From NCBI GenBank assembly GCA_007693585.1, contig REDH01000113.1, positions 2,500 through 66,499 of the forward strand: DNA of 64,000 nucleotides, in the 5' to 3' direction. A program made the position numbers and the translations under genes. Shown in pieces: positions 17,810 through 27,029 of the stretch. This DNA comes from Deltaproteobacteria bacterium. GTDB taxonomy: Bacteria; Myxococcota_A; Bradymonadia; REDH01. Numbering within the stretch: the first letter of the stretch is position 1; every line of letters begins with the position of its first letter. A model generated the notes under the pieces. That model saw only the letters and a list, made by a program, of their open reading frames with translations, ran no database searches and had not been told where the DNA came from.

Positions 17810-19837
17810 ATGTCGCGCCCCCGGCTCTCCTCCCTCCCCCCATTCCTGACGTGCGCCCTGCTCCTCGCCCTGGCGGCCTGCAGCGGACTCGACGAACGGG
17901 ACCCTCCCCAGATGCAGCTCTCGCCGGGCTCGATCCTCTTCGAGCCCACCAATCTGGGCGACGAGACCAGCCGCACCCTCATCATCCGGAACGTCGGCTC
18001 CAGCCCGCTGCGCATCGAACGCATCGAGACCGCGCTGACCACGGACCATGTCCGGACCGACTTCGACGGGCCCCGCTCCCTTCAGGCCGACGAGGAGATC
18101 CCCGTCCGCGTCTTCTACGCCCCCACCAGCGTCGAGGAGACGAGCGGAACGATCAACGTCTTCTCCAATGACCCGTTCAACAACCCCGGCCAGGTCGCCG
18201 TCACCCGCATCGGACCCACGCCCCAGCTTCAGGTGTTCCCGGATCCCGCGAGTTTCGGGACCGTCGCCGAAGGAAGCAGCGCCACCCTGACCCTCCAGCT
18301 CGACAACGTCGGCACCGCACCCCTCATCATCTGCCGCGCCTTCACCGAGGTGGGCGGACAGTTCGAGACCGATCTCGATGCGCGCATCGAACAGGACGAT
18401 CGAACGCAGGACGGCCGCCTCATCCTGCCTCCGACCGAAGGCGAGAACGGCATCCCGTTCGAGGCCACCTTCCGCCCGATCCGCCTCGGCCCCGCCACCG
18501 GAAGCCTCGTCGTCCAGTACGACCGGATCGGCGATCCGGAGAACCCCTGCGAGGAAGCCAACACCGCCTCGAGAATCGTCGAACTCAACGGCAACGGCGC
18601 CACCTCAGAACTCACCATCGACCCCTGCGCGCCGTTCATCGACTTCGGCGAGACCCCCTTCGACGCCACCGCACGCCGAACCATCCGTCTGCGAAACGAC
18701 CAGGAACTCGACCTCCGGGTCTTCGGCGCCGCGCTCGTCCCCGGGGTCTCCGACCCCGCCTTCACCATCGGCGCTCGTCCCGACTTCCCCGCAGACCTTG
18801 CGCCCGGGGCCGAACGCACCCTCGAGCTGCAGTTCCAGCCACGTCGAGTCGGCGAGGAACAGAGCCGCGCCATGGCCGCCATCCTCGAAGTCGAACACAC
18901 CGACGTCGAGGGTGAGCGCACCACCACGCGCTGCGACATCGCCGGGCTCGGCGTGGATCGCGCGTGCCCGGTGGCCGTGGGCCGCGCCTTCGTCCTCGAG
19001 GACCCGCAGGTACGGCGCTCAGACCAGATCAGCTGGGCGGTGCCGCTCCAGACCCTGGTCCTCGACGCGTCGGACAGTTTCTCCTCCGACGGACTCGCCC
19101 TCGAGTACGAATGGAGCATCGTCGACCAACCCAACAGCGCCTTCGCCGGTCTGCGCCCCTACACCATCCAGCCGGAGAACGACGCCTTCCGACAGTTCTT
19201 CATGCCCATTGCCGGAGAGTACATCTTCGCCTTGCGCGTCTTCGATGCCGACGGTTTCGAGTCCTGCGAGGAGGCGCGCGTCGTCGTCGACGCCACCCCG
19301 GACCGAACCATCTCCGTCGAGCTCACCTGGCGAAACCCTGCAGACCCGGACGAGAACAACAACGACGGCTCCGACCTGGACCTCCATTTCCTCAAGGTCG
19401 GACCCGGCCAGTGGTTCCGCGCCCCCTACGACGTCTACTTCGCCAACCGGAGCCCCGACTGGCTCCCCGAGAACCCGTCCCTCGACATCGACGTCCGAAA
19501 CGGCCTCGGGCCCGAAACCATCACCCTCGACAACCCGGTTGACTGCCAGTTCTACGCCATCGGCGTGCACTACTTCGACGAAGCCTGGGGAGAGGCCATC
19601 GCCACCATCCGCGTCTACGTCGACGGCCAGCTCGCCCACGAACAGTCCCCCGGGCTCCTCCGCGCCCAGAACGACTTCTGGGATGTCGGACGGCTCCACT
19701 GGCCGTCCGGCGAGTTCTTCGAGGTCAACGAAGTCATCCGCAATTTCGACGGGGCCAACGCTGCGCCCGTGTCGCCTCCGTCCACCGCGGAAATCGACGC
19801 CCTCGGCGAGCAGAATCCCTGCTTCGCCTACCCCTGA
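17810..19837 (+). CDS. Large lipoprotein with repeated Ig-like (choice-of-anchor-D/ASH-like) modules, a PKD-like domain and a DUF2135-like C-terminal domain
   Basis: Lipobox LALAAC. Repeated FG.V..G.....L.L.N.G..PL modules. C-terminus ISVELTWRNP..GSDLDLHFL...SLDIDVRNGLGPETITLDNP...YAIGVHYF resembles the TW..DLDLH..GyGPE signature I recall for DUF2135. Confidence 0.75.
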   Translation: MSRPRLSSLPPFLTCALLLALAACSGLDERDPPQMQLSPGSILFEPTNLGDETSRTLIIRNVGSSPLRIERIETALTTDHVRTDFDGPRSLQADEEIPVRVFYAPTSVEETSGTINVFSNDPFNNPGQVAVTRIGPTPQLQVFPDPASFGTVAEGSSATLTLQLDNVGTAPLIICRAFTEVGGQFETDLDARIEQDDRTQDGRLILPPTEGENGIPFEATFRPIRLGPATGSLVVQYDRIGDPENPCEEANTASRIVELNGNGATSELTIDPCAPFIDFGETPFDATARRTIRLRNDQELDLRVFGAALVPGVSDPAFTIGARPDFPADLAPGAERTLELQFQPRRVGEEQSRAMAAILEVEHTDVEGERTTTRCDIAGLGVDRACPVAVGRAFVLEDPQVRRSDQISWAVPLQTLVLDASDSFSSDGLALEYEWSIVDQPNSAFAGLRPYTIQPENDAFRQFFMPIAGEYIFALRVFDADGFESCEEARVVVDATPDRTISVELTWRNPADPDENNNDGSDLDLHFLKVGPGQWFRAPYDVYFANRSPDWLPENPSLDIDVRNGLGPETITLDNPVDCQFYAIGVHYFDEAWGEAIATIRVYVDGQLAHEQSPGLLRAQNDFWDVGRLHWPSGEFFEVNEVIRNFDGANAAPVSPPSTAEIDALGEQNPCFAYP

Positions 19838-19857
19838 GCGCCGCGAAGCGCCCTGCC

Positions 19858-20565
19858 CTACACGCTGAGGTTGCGCGCGACCGCCATGGTCGCCGAGTGC
19901 TGGGTCTGCAGCATGTTCGTCATCATCGTGGTGAGCTGCTGGATCATCTGCATCTCGCGCTGGAGCTGCATCATCGCCATCTGGCGGTCGGAGTCGTTCA
20001 TCCCCTTCCACGCCTCCTGGAACGCCGCGGGGTTCTCCTCGAACAGGCGGTAGAGCCCCTGCCCGTCCGTCGCCGATGGCGCGCCCTGCGACGTGGACGA
20101 GGAAGCGGCGCCCCCGGACGTGGGCGCCGCCGCCGGGGAGCCGAGCGCGCCGGCTTCGCGCGGCCCGCCGGCCGCCGTCGAACCTGCCGCTCCGACGGCC
20201 CCGGCCACGATCCCGGTGCCGCAGATGCCGGCGCCCTGAAGCGCGGCCGAATCCAGAATCCTGAGCTGCGTCCCGGACAGCACGGGGAGCGCCTGCTGCA
20301 GCACCCCGTGCCCCACGAACTCCGGGCGCAGGAGCTGGCCCGGCTTCGCCTGCAGCATGCCCTCCAGTCCCGGCGTGCGGGCGTTCCGCTCGAAAAGCGC
20401 CTGCACCGCCTGATCGAGCTTGCTCGCCAGCCGGACGGTGTCCCGCAGCGCGCGCGCTCCGTTGCGCGCCATGCCGGAAACGTTGCCGGTGGCCACAGAC
20501 ACCTTGAACTGCACCGCCGATGTGACCGCTCGCTTCATCGCTCGTCCCAGTCTTCTCAGGCTCAT
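19858..20565 (-). CDS. Hypothetical 235-aa protein: basic helical N-terminus, Gly/Ala/Ser-rich centre, Met/Gln-rich C-terminal helical hairpin with a W-x-G turn
   Basis: ATG at 20565 preceded by AAGGAGGAGTGACG. No signal peptide. C-terminus LYRLFEENPAAFQEAWKGMNDSDRQMAMMQLQREMQMIQQLTTMMTNMLQTQHSATMAVARNLSV. Confidence 0.6.
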   Translation of the reverse strand: MSLRRLGRAMKRAVTSAVQFKVSVATGNVSGMARNGARALRDTVRLASKLDQAVQALFERNARTPGLEGMLQAKPGQLLRPEFVGHGVLQQALPVLSGTQLRILDSAALQGAGICGTGIVAGAVGAAGSTAAGGPREAGALGSPAAAPTSGGAASSSTSQGAPSATDGQGLYRLFEENPAAFQEAWKGMNDSDRQMAMMQLQREMQMIQQLTTMMTNMLQTQHSATMAVARNLSV

Positions 20566-20659
20566 CGTCACTCCTCCTTCCTGTTCGCTCGTGAACACTC
20601 CGGCGCGCTGCGCATCGCACCGGCACCAGGTTCCTCTCCTCCAGCACGACACCGACCGC

Positions 20660-20953
20660 CTACGACGCGGCCACCTCCTGCGTCTGCTCCACCTGCATCG
20701 CCTCCACCTGCTCGACGAACGGCAGGAGGTGCTCCCGCGCCGGGTCGAGGGCGAGCACCCCGCGCGCGATGACCAGCGCACGCTCCAGGAGGCGCTCCCT
20801 CGCGTGAAGCGCAGCCAGCACCTCCAGCCGGTCGAGCTGTTCGGGCGCGTAGCCGAAGAAGTCCGCCAGCCGCCCGTCTCGCGATGCGTGCGCCAGAGAC
20901 ACGAGCTCCGCCGTGTCCGGCGAGGCGTTGCTTGTGGTCGAAGGGGTCGTCAT
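20660..20953 (-). CDS. Hypothetical 97-aa acidic protein with a TPR-like helical repeat (chaperone-like)
   Basis: ATG at 20953 preceded by GGAG. LEVLAALHARERLLERALVIARGVLALDPAREHLLPFV resembles a TPR unit. Lies immediately upstream of, and co-oriented with, the 235-aa gene. Confidence 0.55.
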   Translation of the reverse strand: MTTPSTTSNASPDTAELVSLAHASRDGRLADFFGYAPEQLDRLEVLAALHARERLLERALVIARGVLALDPAREHLLPFVEQVEAMQVEQTQEVAAS

Positions 20954-21151
20954 GATTCACTCCGGGACAGGGGTCATGGCTGCAGGCGCCCGCCTGCGCA
21001 GCCCACATCGTCTCCGATGTCCTCTCGTTGCACCCCGACCGCGGACGCCCCAATTCCCTCCCGGCCCGACAGGCACCCCACCGGGCACCCGAGCCGGCGG
21101 CGACCCTCCGCGACGACCCGCCTGCCCCATTCCCGCATCGATGGCCCACCG

Positions 21152-23152
21152 ATGGCCCGCACCTACACCCTCCGCGACACCGGCTCCTCACCACGCCGCA
21201 CCCTCGACCTCGAGGCGCGCCTCAACCCGCAGCAGCGTCAGGTCGTCGAGGCCCCCGGCGGGCCGATGCTCGTCATCGCCGGCGCGGGAACGGGCAAGAC
21301 CCACACCATCACCTGGCGGGTCGCGCGACTGATCGAGGACGGCGTCGCACCGGAGCGCATCCTGTTGCTCACCTTCACGAACCGCGCCGCGCGGGAGATG
21401 CTCGGCCGCGTCGAGGACCTCCTCGGCGTGCGCGCGCGGGCCGTCTGGGGAGGAACGTTTCACGGCATCGCGCGGCGACTGCTGCGGGAGCACGCGACCT
21501 CCCTCGGCTACCCGGAGAACTTCACCATCCTCGACAGCGAGGACGCCGCGTCGCTGATGAAGGCCTGCATTCACGCGCGCACCCCGCGGCGCTCCGACCT
21601 CCGGTTCCCGCGCGCCGAGCTGGTGCTGCGGCTGTTCAGCGCAACGATCAACACCGGTCGCCCGCTCGGCGACCTGCTGCTCGATCAGGCCCCTCAATTC
21701 GAGCCCCACCTGGAAGACCTCGAGACGCTGCACGCCGAGTTCACCGCGCGCAAGGTAGAACTCGGCATGGTCGACTTCGACGATCTCCTGCTCCTGTGGG
21801 CCCGGCTTCTCGACGAGCATCCCGAGCTGGCCACGCGGGCCCGGCAGCGGTTCGACCACGTGCTCGTGGACGAGTATCAGGACACCAACCGGCTGCAGGC
21901 TCACATCATCGACGAGATGGTGCGCGATCACCGCAACCTCGCCGTCGTCGGCGACGACGCCCAGAGCATCTACGCGTTCCGTGGGGCCGAGTACACGAAC
22001 ATCCTGCGCTTCGAGGAGCGGTACCCCGACGCCACCCGGTACCTGCTCGAGATCAACTACCGCTCTTCACCCGAAGTCCTCGACCTCGCCAACCGGTCGA
22101 TCGCGCACAACGCGCGCCAGTTCCCGAAGACCCTCCGCTCCGAGCAGCCCCACGGCCCCACCCCGGCCCTCGTCGAGTGCACGGACGAGCACCAGCAGTC
22201 CCAGTTCGTGGCACAGCGCATCCTCGAGCTGCGCGACGAGGACATCCCGCTGGAGCGCATCGCTGTCCTCTACCGGGCCCACCGCCACGCGATGGAGCTG
22301 CAGCTCGAGCTCAGCCGCCGAAACATCCCGTTCATCGTGCGCTCGGGAATGCGCTTCTTCGAGCAACGCCACATCAAGGACGTGCTCGCCTTCCTGCGGT
22401 GGGTCGAGAACCCGCGGGACGAGCTCGCGTTCCGGCGCGTGGCCACGCTCGCCGAGGGCGTCGGGGACCGAACCGCCGAGAAGCTCTTCCTCTTCCTGTC
22501 CGCGTTCGACGACCCGGCGGCCGCCCTCGCGGACCCGCGGGTCGAGCGCATCGTGCCCAGCCGCGGACGCCGACCATGGCGCAACCTCTCCGCCGTGCTC
22601 CAGCACCTCGCCACACCGCTCGTGCGCAGCCAGGCCAGCGCCGCCATCGATCACGTCCGCGACGCCTTCTACGACGCATGGGCACGCCAGGCCTTCGACA
22701 GCTCCACCAACCGGATCACCGAGCTACAGACCCTCGCCGCCTACGCCGAGCAGCACGGCGACGTCGCCGAATTCCTCGACAACCTGAGCCTCGCCGGCGT
22801 GCTCACCGGAGAGGACGCCACCGCCGGCCCGCGCGCCGACGAGTACGTCGTCCTCTCGTCCATCCACCAGGCCAAGGGCCTCGAATTCAACGCCGTCTTC
22901 GTGCTCTGGCTTGCGGAAGACCGGTTCCCGTCCGCCCGCGCCCTGCTCAACGAGGACGACCTCGAGGAGGAGCGTCGCCTCTTCTACGTGGCCGTCACGC
23001 GAGCGCAGCGCGACCTGTACCTCACGCGGCCGATGATCGCGTGGGAGCGGGAGCACGGCCGGGTTGTTCTCCGACCCAGTCCGTTTCTGCGCGAACTGAC
23101 CCGCGAGCCGTCCCCGCCCCCCTGGGAGCGCTGGACCCTCGCGAGCGACTGA
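21152..23152 (+). CDS. ATP-dependent DNA helicase, UvrD/Rep/PcrA family
   Basis: LNPQQRQVVEAPGGPMLVIAGAGTGKTHTIT (motifs Q/I), LLLTFTNRAAREM, VLVDEYQDTN, VGDDAQSIYAFRGA, INYRS, TIHQAKGLEF-like SIHQAKGLEFNAVF, and YVAVTRAQ. Confidence 0.9.
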   Translation: MARTYTLRDTGSSPRRTLDLEARLNPQQRQVVEAPGGPMLVIAGAGTGKTHTITWRVARLIEDGVAPERILLLTFTNRAAREMLGRVEDLLGVRARAVWGGTFHGIARRLLREHATSLGYPENFTILDSEDAASLMKACIHARTPRRSDLRFPRAELVLRLFSATINTGRPLGDLLLDQAPQFEPHLEDLETLHAEFTARKVELGMVDFDDLLLLWARLLDEHPELATRARQRFDHVLVDEYQDTNRLQAHIIDEMVRDHRNLAVVGDDAQSIYAFRGAEYTNILRFEERYPDATRYLLEINYRSSPEVLDLANRSIAHNARQFPKTLRSEQPHGPTPALVECTDEHQQSQFVAQRILELRDEDIPLERIAVLYRAHRHAMELQLELSRRNIPFIVRSGMRFFEQRHIKDVLAFLRWVENPRDELAFRRVATLAEGVGDRTAEKLFLFLSAFDDPAAALADPRVERIVPSRGRRPWRNLSAVLQHLATPLVRSQASAAIDHVRDAFYDAWARQAFDSSTNRITELQTLAAYAEQHGDVAEFLDNLSLAGVLTGEDATAGPRADEYVVLSSIHQAKGLEFNAVFVLWLAEDRFPSARALLNEDDLEEERRLFYVAVTRAQRDLYLTRPMIAWEREHGRVVLRPSPFLRELTREPSPPPWERWTLASD

Positions 23153-23164
23153 ACGAGCACCGGA

Positions 23165-23269
23165 TCAGCGGATGCGACGCGGGACGGCCTGCACGACGAG
23201 CCGCACGGCACCGGCGCTCAATCCCAGACAGAGCAGCATTCCCCCGATCATCGCCACGATTGCGCTCAT
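23165..23269 (-). CDS. Possible 34-aa hydrophobic small protein
   Basis: MSAIVAMIGGMLLCLGLSAGAVRLVVQAVPRRIR forms one TM helix plus a basic tail. ATG is preceded by GAGGTCGGAAC. No homology recognised, so this could be spurious. Confidence 0.25.
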   Translation of the reverse strand: MSAIVAMIGGMLLCLGLSAGAVRLVVQAVPRRIR

Positions 23270-23501
23270 GTTCCGACCTCGATTCCCGTACAGATGACTG
23301 GCGACGCACCGTCGCGCCGTCCGGGCGGGTCTCTGCCCCCTCTGCCGCGGCGTGTCAACCACGAAAGGAGGCCACCGCACCCGCGCGTCACCGGTTCGTC
23401 TCGCGCCGGCAACGCTTCACAAGCGCCCTCCGATGATGCTACGCGTCACGCGCGCGGCGCAAATTTCCGGCGCCGACGACCGCGAGCCCCAGGAGAACGC
23501 G

Positions 23502-24386
23502 ATGCAACCGACCGGCTGCCTCACCGCCATCGTCACCCCCTTCCGCGACGGCCGCATCGACGAAGAGGCCATGGCACGCCACGCCAACTGGCTCATCGAC
23601 AACGGCATGCAGGGCATCGTCGTCTGCGGCACCACCGGCGAATCGGCCACCATGAGCGACGACGAGAAGCTCCGCGCCATCGAGCTCATGCGCGAAGTCG
23701 TCGGCTCCCGCGCCACCCTCATCGCCGGCGCCGGCAACAACTCCACCTCGGAATCCCTCGCGTTCATCGACCGGCTGCACGACAGCGGGACCGCGGTCGA
23801 CGCCATCATGAGCGTCGTGCCCTACTACAACAAGCCCAACCAGGACGGCCTCGTCGGCCACTTCACCGCCATCTGCGACCGCAGCCGCTTCCCCGTCGTC
23901 CTCTACAACGTCCCCGCCCGAACCATCGTCGGCATGACCGTCGACACCCTCGCCACCCTCGCCGCACACAGCAACGTGTGCGCCATCAAGGAAGCGAGCG
24001 CCAACCTCCACTTCGACGCCCTCCTCCTCGACGCCCTGCCCCGGCCCGTCTCGGTCCTCTCCGGCGACGACGCCACCGCCATGCCCCTCATGAGCATCGG
24101 CGGAAGCGGCGTCATCTCCGTCATCGGCAACATCGCTCCCCGCCTCATGCGCGACCTGTGCGATGCCACCCTCGCCGGCGACCTTGAGCGCGCGCGGTCC
24201 CTCAACGGACGCATCGCCACCCTCCAGTCCCTCCTCTTCGCCGTCAGCAACCCCATCCCCGTCAAGGCCGCCTGCGCATGGCTCGGCTTCGGCAACGGCG
24301 ACGTCCGCCTTCCCCTCGCCCGCGTCAGCCCCCAGGCCGAAGAGGCCCTCTTCGAACAACTCTCCGCCCTCGGGATCGCCCGATGA
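23502..24386 (+). CDS. dapA: 4-hydroxy-tetrahydrodipicolinate synthase
   Basis: TAIVTPF, GIVVCGTTGES, VVPYYNKP, LYNVPARTI and AIKEAS motifs. AGGAG lies 6 nt upstream of the ATG at 23502. Confidence 0.95.
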   Translation: MQPTGCLTAIVTPFRDGRIDEEAMARHANWLIDNGMQGIVVCGTTGESATMSDDEKLRAIELMREVVGSRATLIAGAGNNSTSESLAFIDRLHDSGTAVDAIMSVVPYYNKPNQDGLVGHFTAICDRSRFPVVLYNVPARTIVGMTVDTLATLAAHSNVCAIKEASANLHFDALLLDALPRPVSVLSGDDATAMPLMSIGGSGVISVIGNIAPRLMRDLCDATLAGDLERARSLNGRIATLQSLLFAVSNPIPVKAACAWLGFGNGDVRLPLARVSPQAEEALFEQLSALGIAR

Positions 24387-25114
24387 CCACGCCCCACCTC
24401 CTGCTCTTCGGCGCACGCGGGCGGATGGGCACCTCCATCGCGCAGATCGCCTCCGAACGCGGCATCCCCTGTACCTCCGCACCCGCCGGCGACCTCCCCC
24501 ACCCACCCCATGACTCCGCCCCCGTCGTCGTCGACTTCAGCGGACCCGGCGAAGCCGAACGCGCCCTGCAGACCGCCGTCGACCTCGGCGTCCCGTTCGT
24601 CGGCGGCACCACCGGGCTCGGCGAGGCGTTCGAAGATGCTCTGGACGACGCCGCCCGCACAGTCCCCGTCCTCTGGGCCAGCAACATGAGCCTCGGCATC
24701 GCCGTCCTCCACCGACTCGTCCGCGAAGCTGCACGGATGCTGCCGACGAGCTACGACGTCGAGCTCGTCGAACTCCACCACCGCCGAAAGAAGGACGCCC
24801 CGTCCGGAACGGCCCTCACGCTGGCCGAGGCCGCTCGGGACATGCGCGGCGGCAACCTGCGCACCGCTCGGGAAGGCCTCACGGGCCCCCGTGATCGCGA
24901 CGAGATCGGTGCCTTCGGCGTCCGCGGGGGCGAGGTCGTCGGAGAACACACCGTCTACTTCCTGGGAGACGCGGATCGGATCGAGCTCACCCATCGCGCC
25001 CGCGACCGGTCGCTCTTCGCCTCCGGCGCCGTGGAAGCGGCGCGCTGGATCGTCGGACAGCGCCCAGGACGCTTCACCATCGACGACGTGCTCGACAGTC
25101 CCACCGGTCCCTGA
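24383..25114 (+). CDS. dapB: 4-hydroxy-tetrahydrodipicolinate reductase
   Basis: GARGRMG NAD(P) loop, VELVELHHRRKKDAPSGTAL and GEHTVYF motifs. ATG overlaps the dapA stop (ATGA 24383-24386). Confidence 0.9.
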   Translation: MTTPHLLLFGARGRMGTSIAQIASERGIPCTSAPAGDLPHPPHDSAPVVVDFSGPGEAERALQTAVDLGVPFVGGTTGLGEAFEDALDDAARTVPVLWASNMSLGIAVLHRLVREAARMLPTSYDVELVELHHRRKKDAPSGTALTLAEAARDMRGGNLRTAREGLTGPRDRDEIGAFGVRGGEVVGEHTVYFLGDADRIELTHRARDRSLFASGAVEAARWIVGQRPGRFTIDDVLDSPTGP

Positions 25115-25406
25115 GCGATCCCCCGGGGCGAGGCGCCACACTGCCGAGATCGGGTCCGCGCCGAGACACCCGGCGACACACGCGAGGACCTCCGTGTCGC
25201 GTCAACCCGGCGAAGCGCGCGACCACCTCCGCGTCGAGACGCAAGACAAGGCACACATGTTCCGGACTTGGTCGCCACCGCACCCGGGAGAGGGTCGACA
25301 CCCTTGACCCCGTACCACGGGCTGAAGCAATGTAGTGAGCGCACACTCACCTGCATCCGGGACGGCCCGGAGCGCCTTCGTTATGCGAAACCCGGGAGAA
25401 GCTGCC

Positions 25407-26189
25407 ATGGAAGAGCGTGTCCTGCTGAACACCCTGGACGACGGCGTCCGGACGTTGACCCTGAACCGACCCGACCGGCGCAACGCGCTGAGTGGCGAGC
25501 TCGTGCGCGCGCTGATGGAAGCGTTCACCGACGTGCGCGGCGACGCCGAGACCCGGGTAGTTGTCCTCACCGGGTCCGGAGACCGCTCGTTCTGCAGCGG
25601 AGCCGACCTCAACCCCATGGCCGCCGCCGGTGGACCGCTGGCGATGCACGAGGAGCGGCGGACCTTCGTCCGGCTCCTCCAGGCGATGCGCGCGTGCGGC
25701 AGGCCCGTGATCGCCCGCGTGGGCGGCCACGTGGCCGCCGGAGGGATGGGTCTGCTCGTCGCCTGCGATCTGGCCGTGGCCGCCGACGATGTGCACTTCT
25801 CCACCCCCGAGGTCAACGTCGGGCTCTTTCCCATGATGATCATGACGCTGATTCGCCGACTGATCGGCCCGCGCCGCACACTCGAGCTGCTGCTCACGGC
25901 ACAGCGGCTTCCGGCGAAGACGGCGGCGGAGTGGGGGCTCGTGAACCACGCGGTGCCCCGGGGCGAGCTGGACACGTCCGTGAACGATCTGGCGCGACGT
26001 CTCGCGGGCCTCAGCCCGGCGGTCCTTCGGCTGGGCCGGGACGCCTTCTACCGGATGGAGGACATGACGGTGGACGATGCCCTCGAGTACCTCTGCGGCC
26101 AACTGACGCTGAACACCCTCACCGAGGATGCCGCCGAGGGCGTCATGGCCTTTGTCCAGAAGAGGGCTCCGGAGTGGAAGGGCCGCTGA
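25407..26189 (+). CDS. Enoyl-CoA hydratase/isomerase (crotonase) family protein
   Basis: LTLNRPDRRNAL, VVVLTGSGDRSFCSGADL and VGGHVAAGGMGLLVACDLAVA motifs. SD GGGAGAA lies before the ATG at 25407. Confidence 0.85.
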   Translation: MEERVLLNTLDDGVRTLTLNRPDRRNALSGELVRALMEAFTDVRGDAETRVVVLTGSGDRSFCSGADLNPMAAAGGPLAMHEERRTFVRLLQAMRACGRPVIARVGGHVAAGGMGLLVACDLAVAADDVHFSTPEVNVGLFPMMIMTLIRRLIGPRRTLELLLTAQRLPAKTAAEWGLVNHAVPRGELDTSVNDLARRLAGLSPAVLRLGRDAFYRMEDMTVDDALEYLCGQLTLNTLTEDAAEGVMAFVQKRAPEWKGR

Positions 26190-26273
26190 CGGGCCGCAGC
26201 GCCGCGCCTCGACCCGCGGGTCTCGATCGAGCCTCACGCGGGTCCGCGCGGGACACGTGCGGCCGCGACGCCC

Positions 26274-27029
26274 TCATACTCCCTCCGACTCCACCAGCGC
26301 GGACCAGCGGGCGGTCAGCACGAGCGCCGCGGTCTCGGCCCGCAGGAGGCGGCGTCCGAGCCCCACACGGAGAACGCGGGGGTGCGCGGCGAAGCACGCA
26401 CGCTCGTGCTCGGTGAACCCGCCCTCCGGACCGGTGAGCAGCACCCACGGTCCCTTCGGTGCATCCGCGGCCGGGAACGCCGAGGAGCGGAGCGCCTCGT
26501 CGGCCACCACGAGGCACTCCCCGGCTCCCGCGACCGCCGCGAGGGCGCTCTGGATGCCCTGCGTCGGCCGCAGGACGTGCGGGCGCCACAGCCGCTCGCA
26601 CTGACGGCTCGCGCCGTCCATGATCGCCTGCCAGCGGGATGTGCGCTCGTCGTCCCTCCGATCACCGAGCCGCACCACGGAACGCTCGGCCTCCCAGGGA
26701 AGCAGGACGTCCACGCCCGCCTCGGCCACCTTCTCGACGAGCCAGTCCATCCGCTTGCCCTTGATCACCGCGGCCGCCAGCGTAATCGGCGGGCGCGGTG
26801 CCTCGCGCGCCAGCAACTTCAGCTCATCCACGAATGCACCGCCACGCGACGTCAGGGACAGGAGTCCCGCGAGGAGACGACCGTCTCCGGGGACGATCTC
26901 GAGCGGGTCGCCGTCCGACGCCCGGAGCACCTTCAGAAGATGACGACGCGCGGCCTCGTCCACCTCGTGGCGCCCGGCGAGGTCATCGCGACCGGCCAGC
27001 GCCGGCATCAGAAGCCTTCGCGCGCTCAT
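26274..27029 (-). CDS. rsmE: 16S rRNA (uracil1498-N3)-methyltransferase
   Basis: 251 aa with HLLKVLR, AAAVIKGKRMDWLVEKVAEAGV and LLTGPEGGFTEHE motifs. Start overlaps the prmA stop (ATGA 27026-27029). Confidence 0.85.
   Translation of the reverse strand: MSARRLLMPALAGRDDLAGRHEVDEAARRHLLKVLRASDGDPLEIVPGDGRLLAGLLSLTSRGGAFVDELKLLAREAPRPPITLAAAVIKGKRMDWLVEKVAEAGVDVLLPWEAERSVVRLGDRRDDERTSRWQAIMDGASRQCERLWRPHVLRPTQGIQSALAAVAGAGECLVVADEALRSSAFPAADAPKGPWVLLTGPEGGFTEHERACFAAHPRVLRVGLGRRLLRAETAALVLTARWSALVESEGV

Noticed and set aside
23153-23501. Lysine riboswitch (L-box) upstream of dapA
   Set aside because: I could not find the conserved L-box core elements (AGAGGCGC / GGGAAAG-type blocks) in the 230-nt leader.
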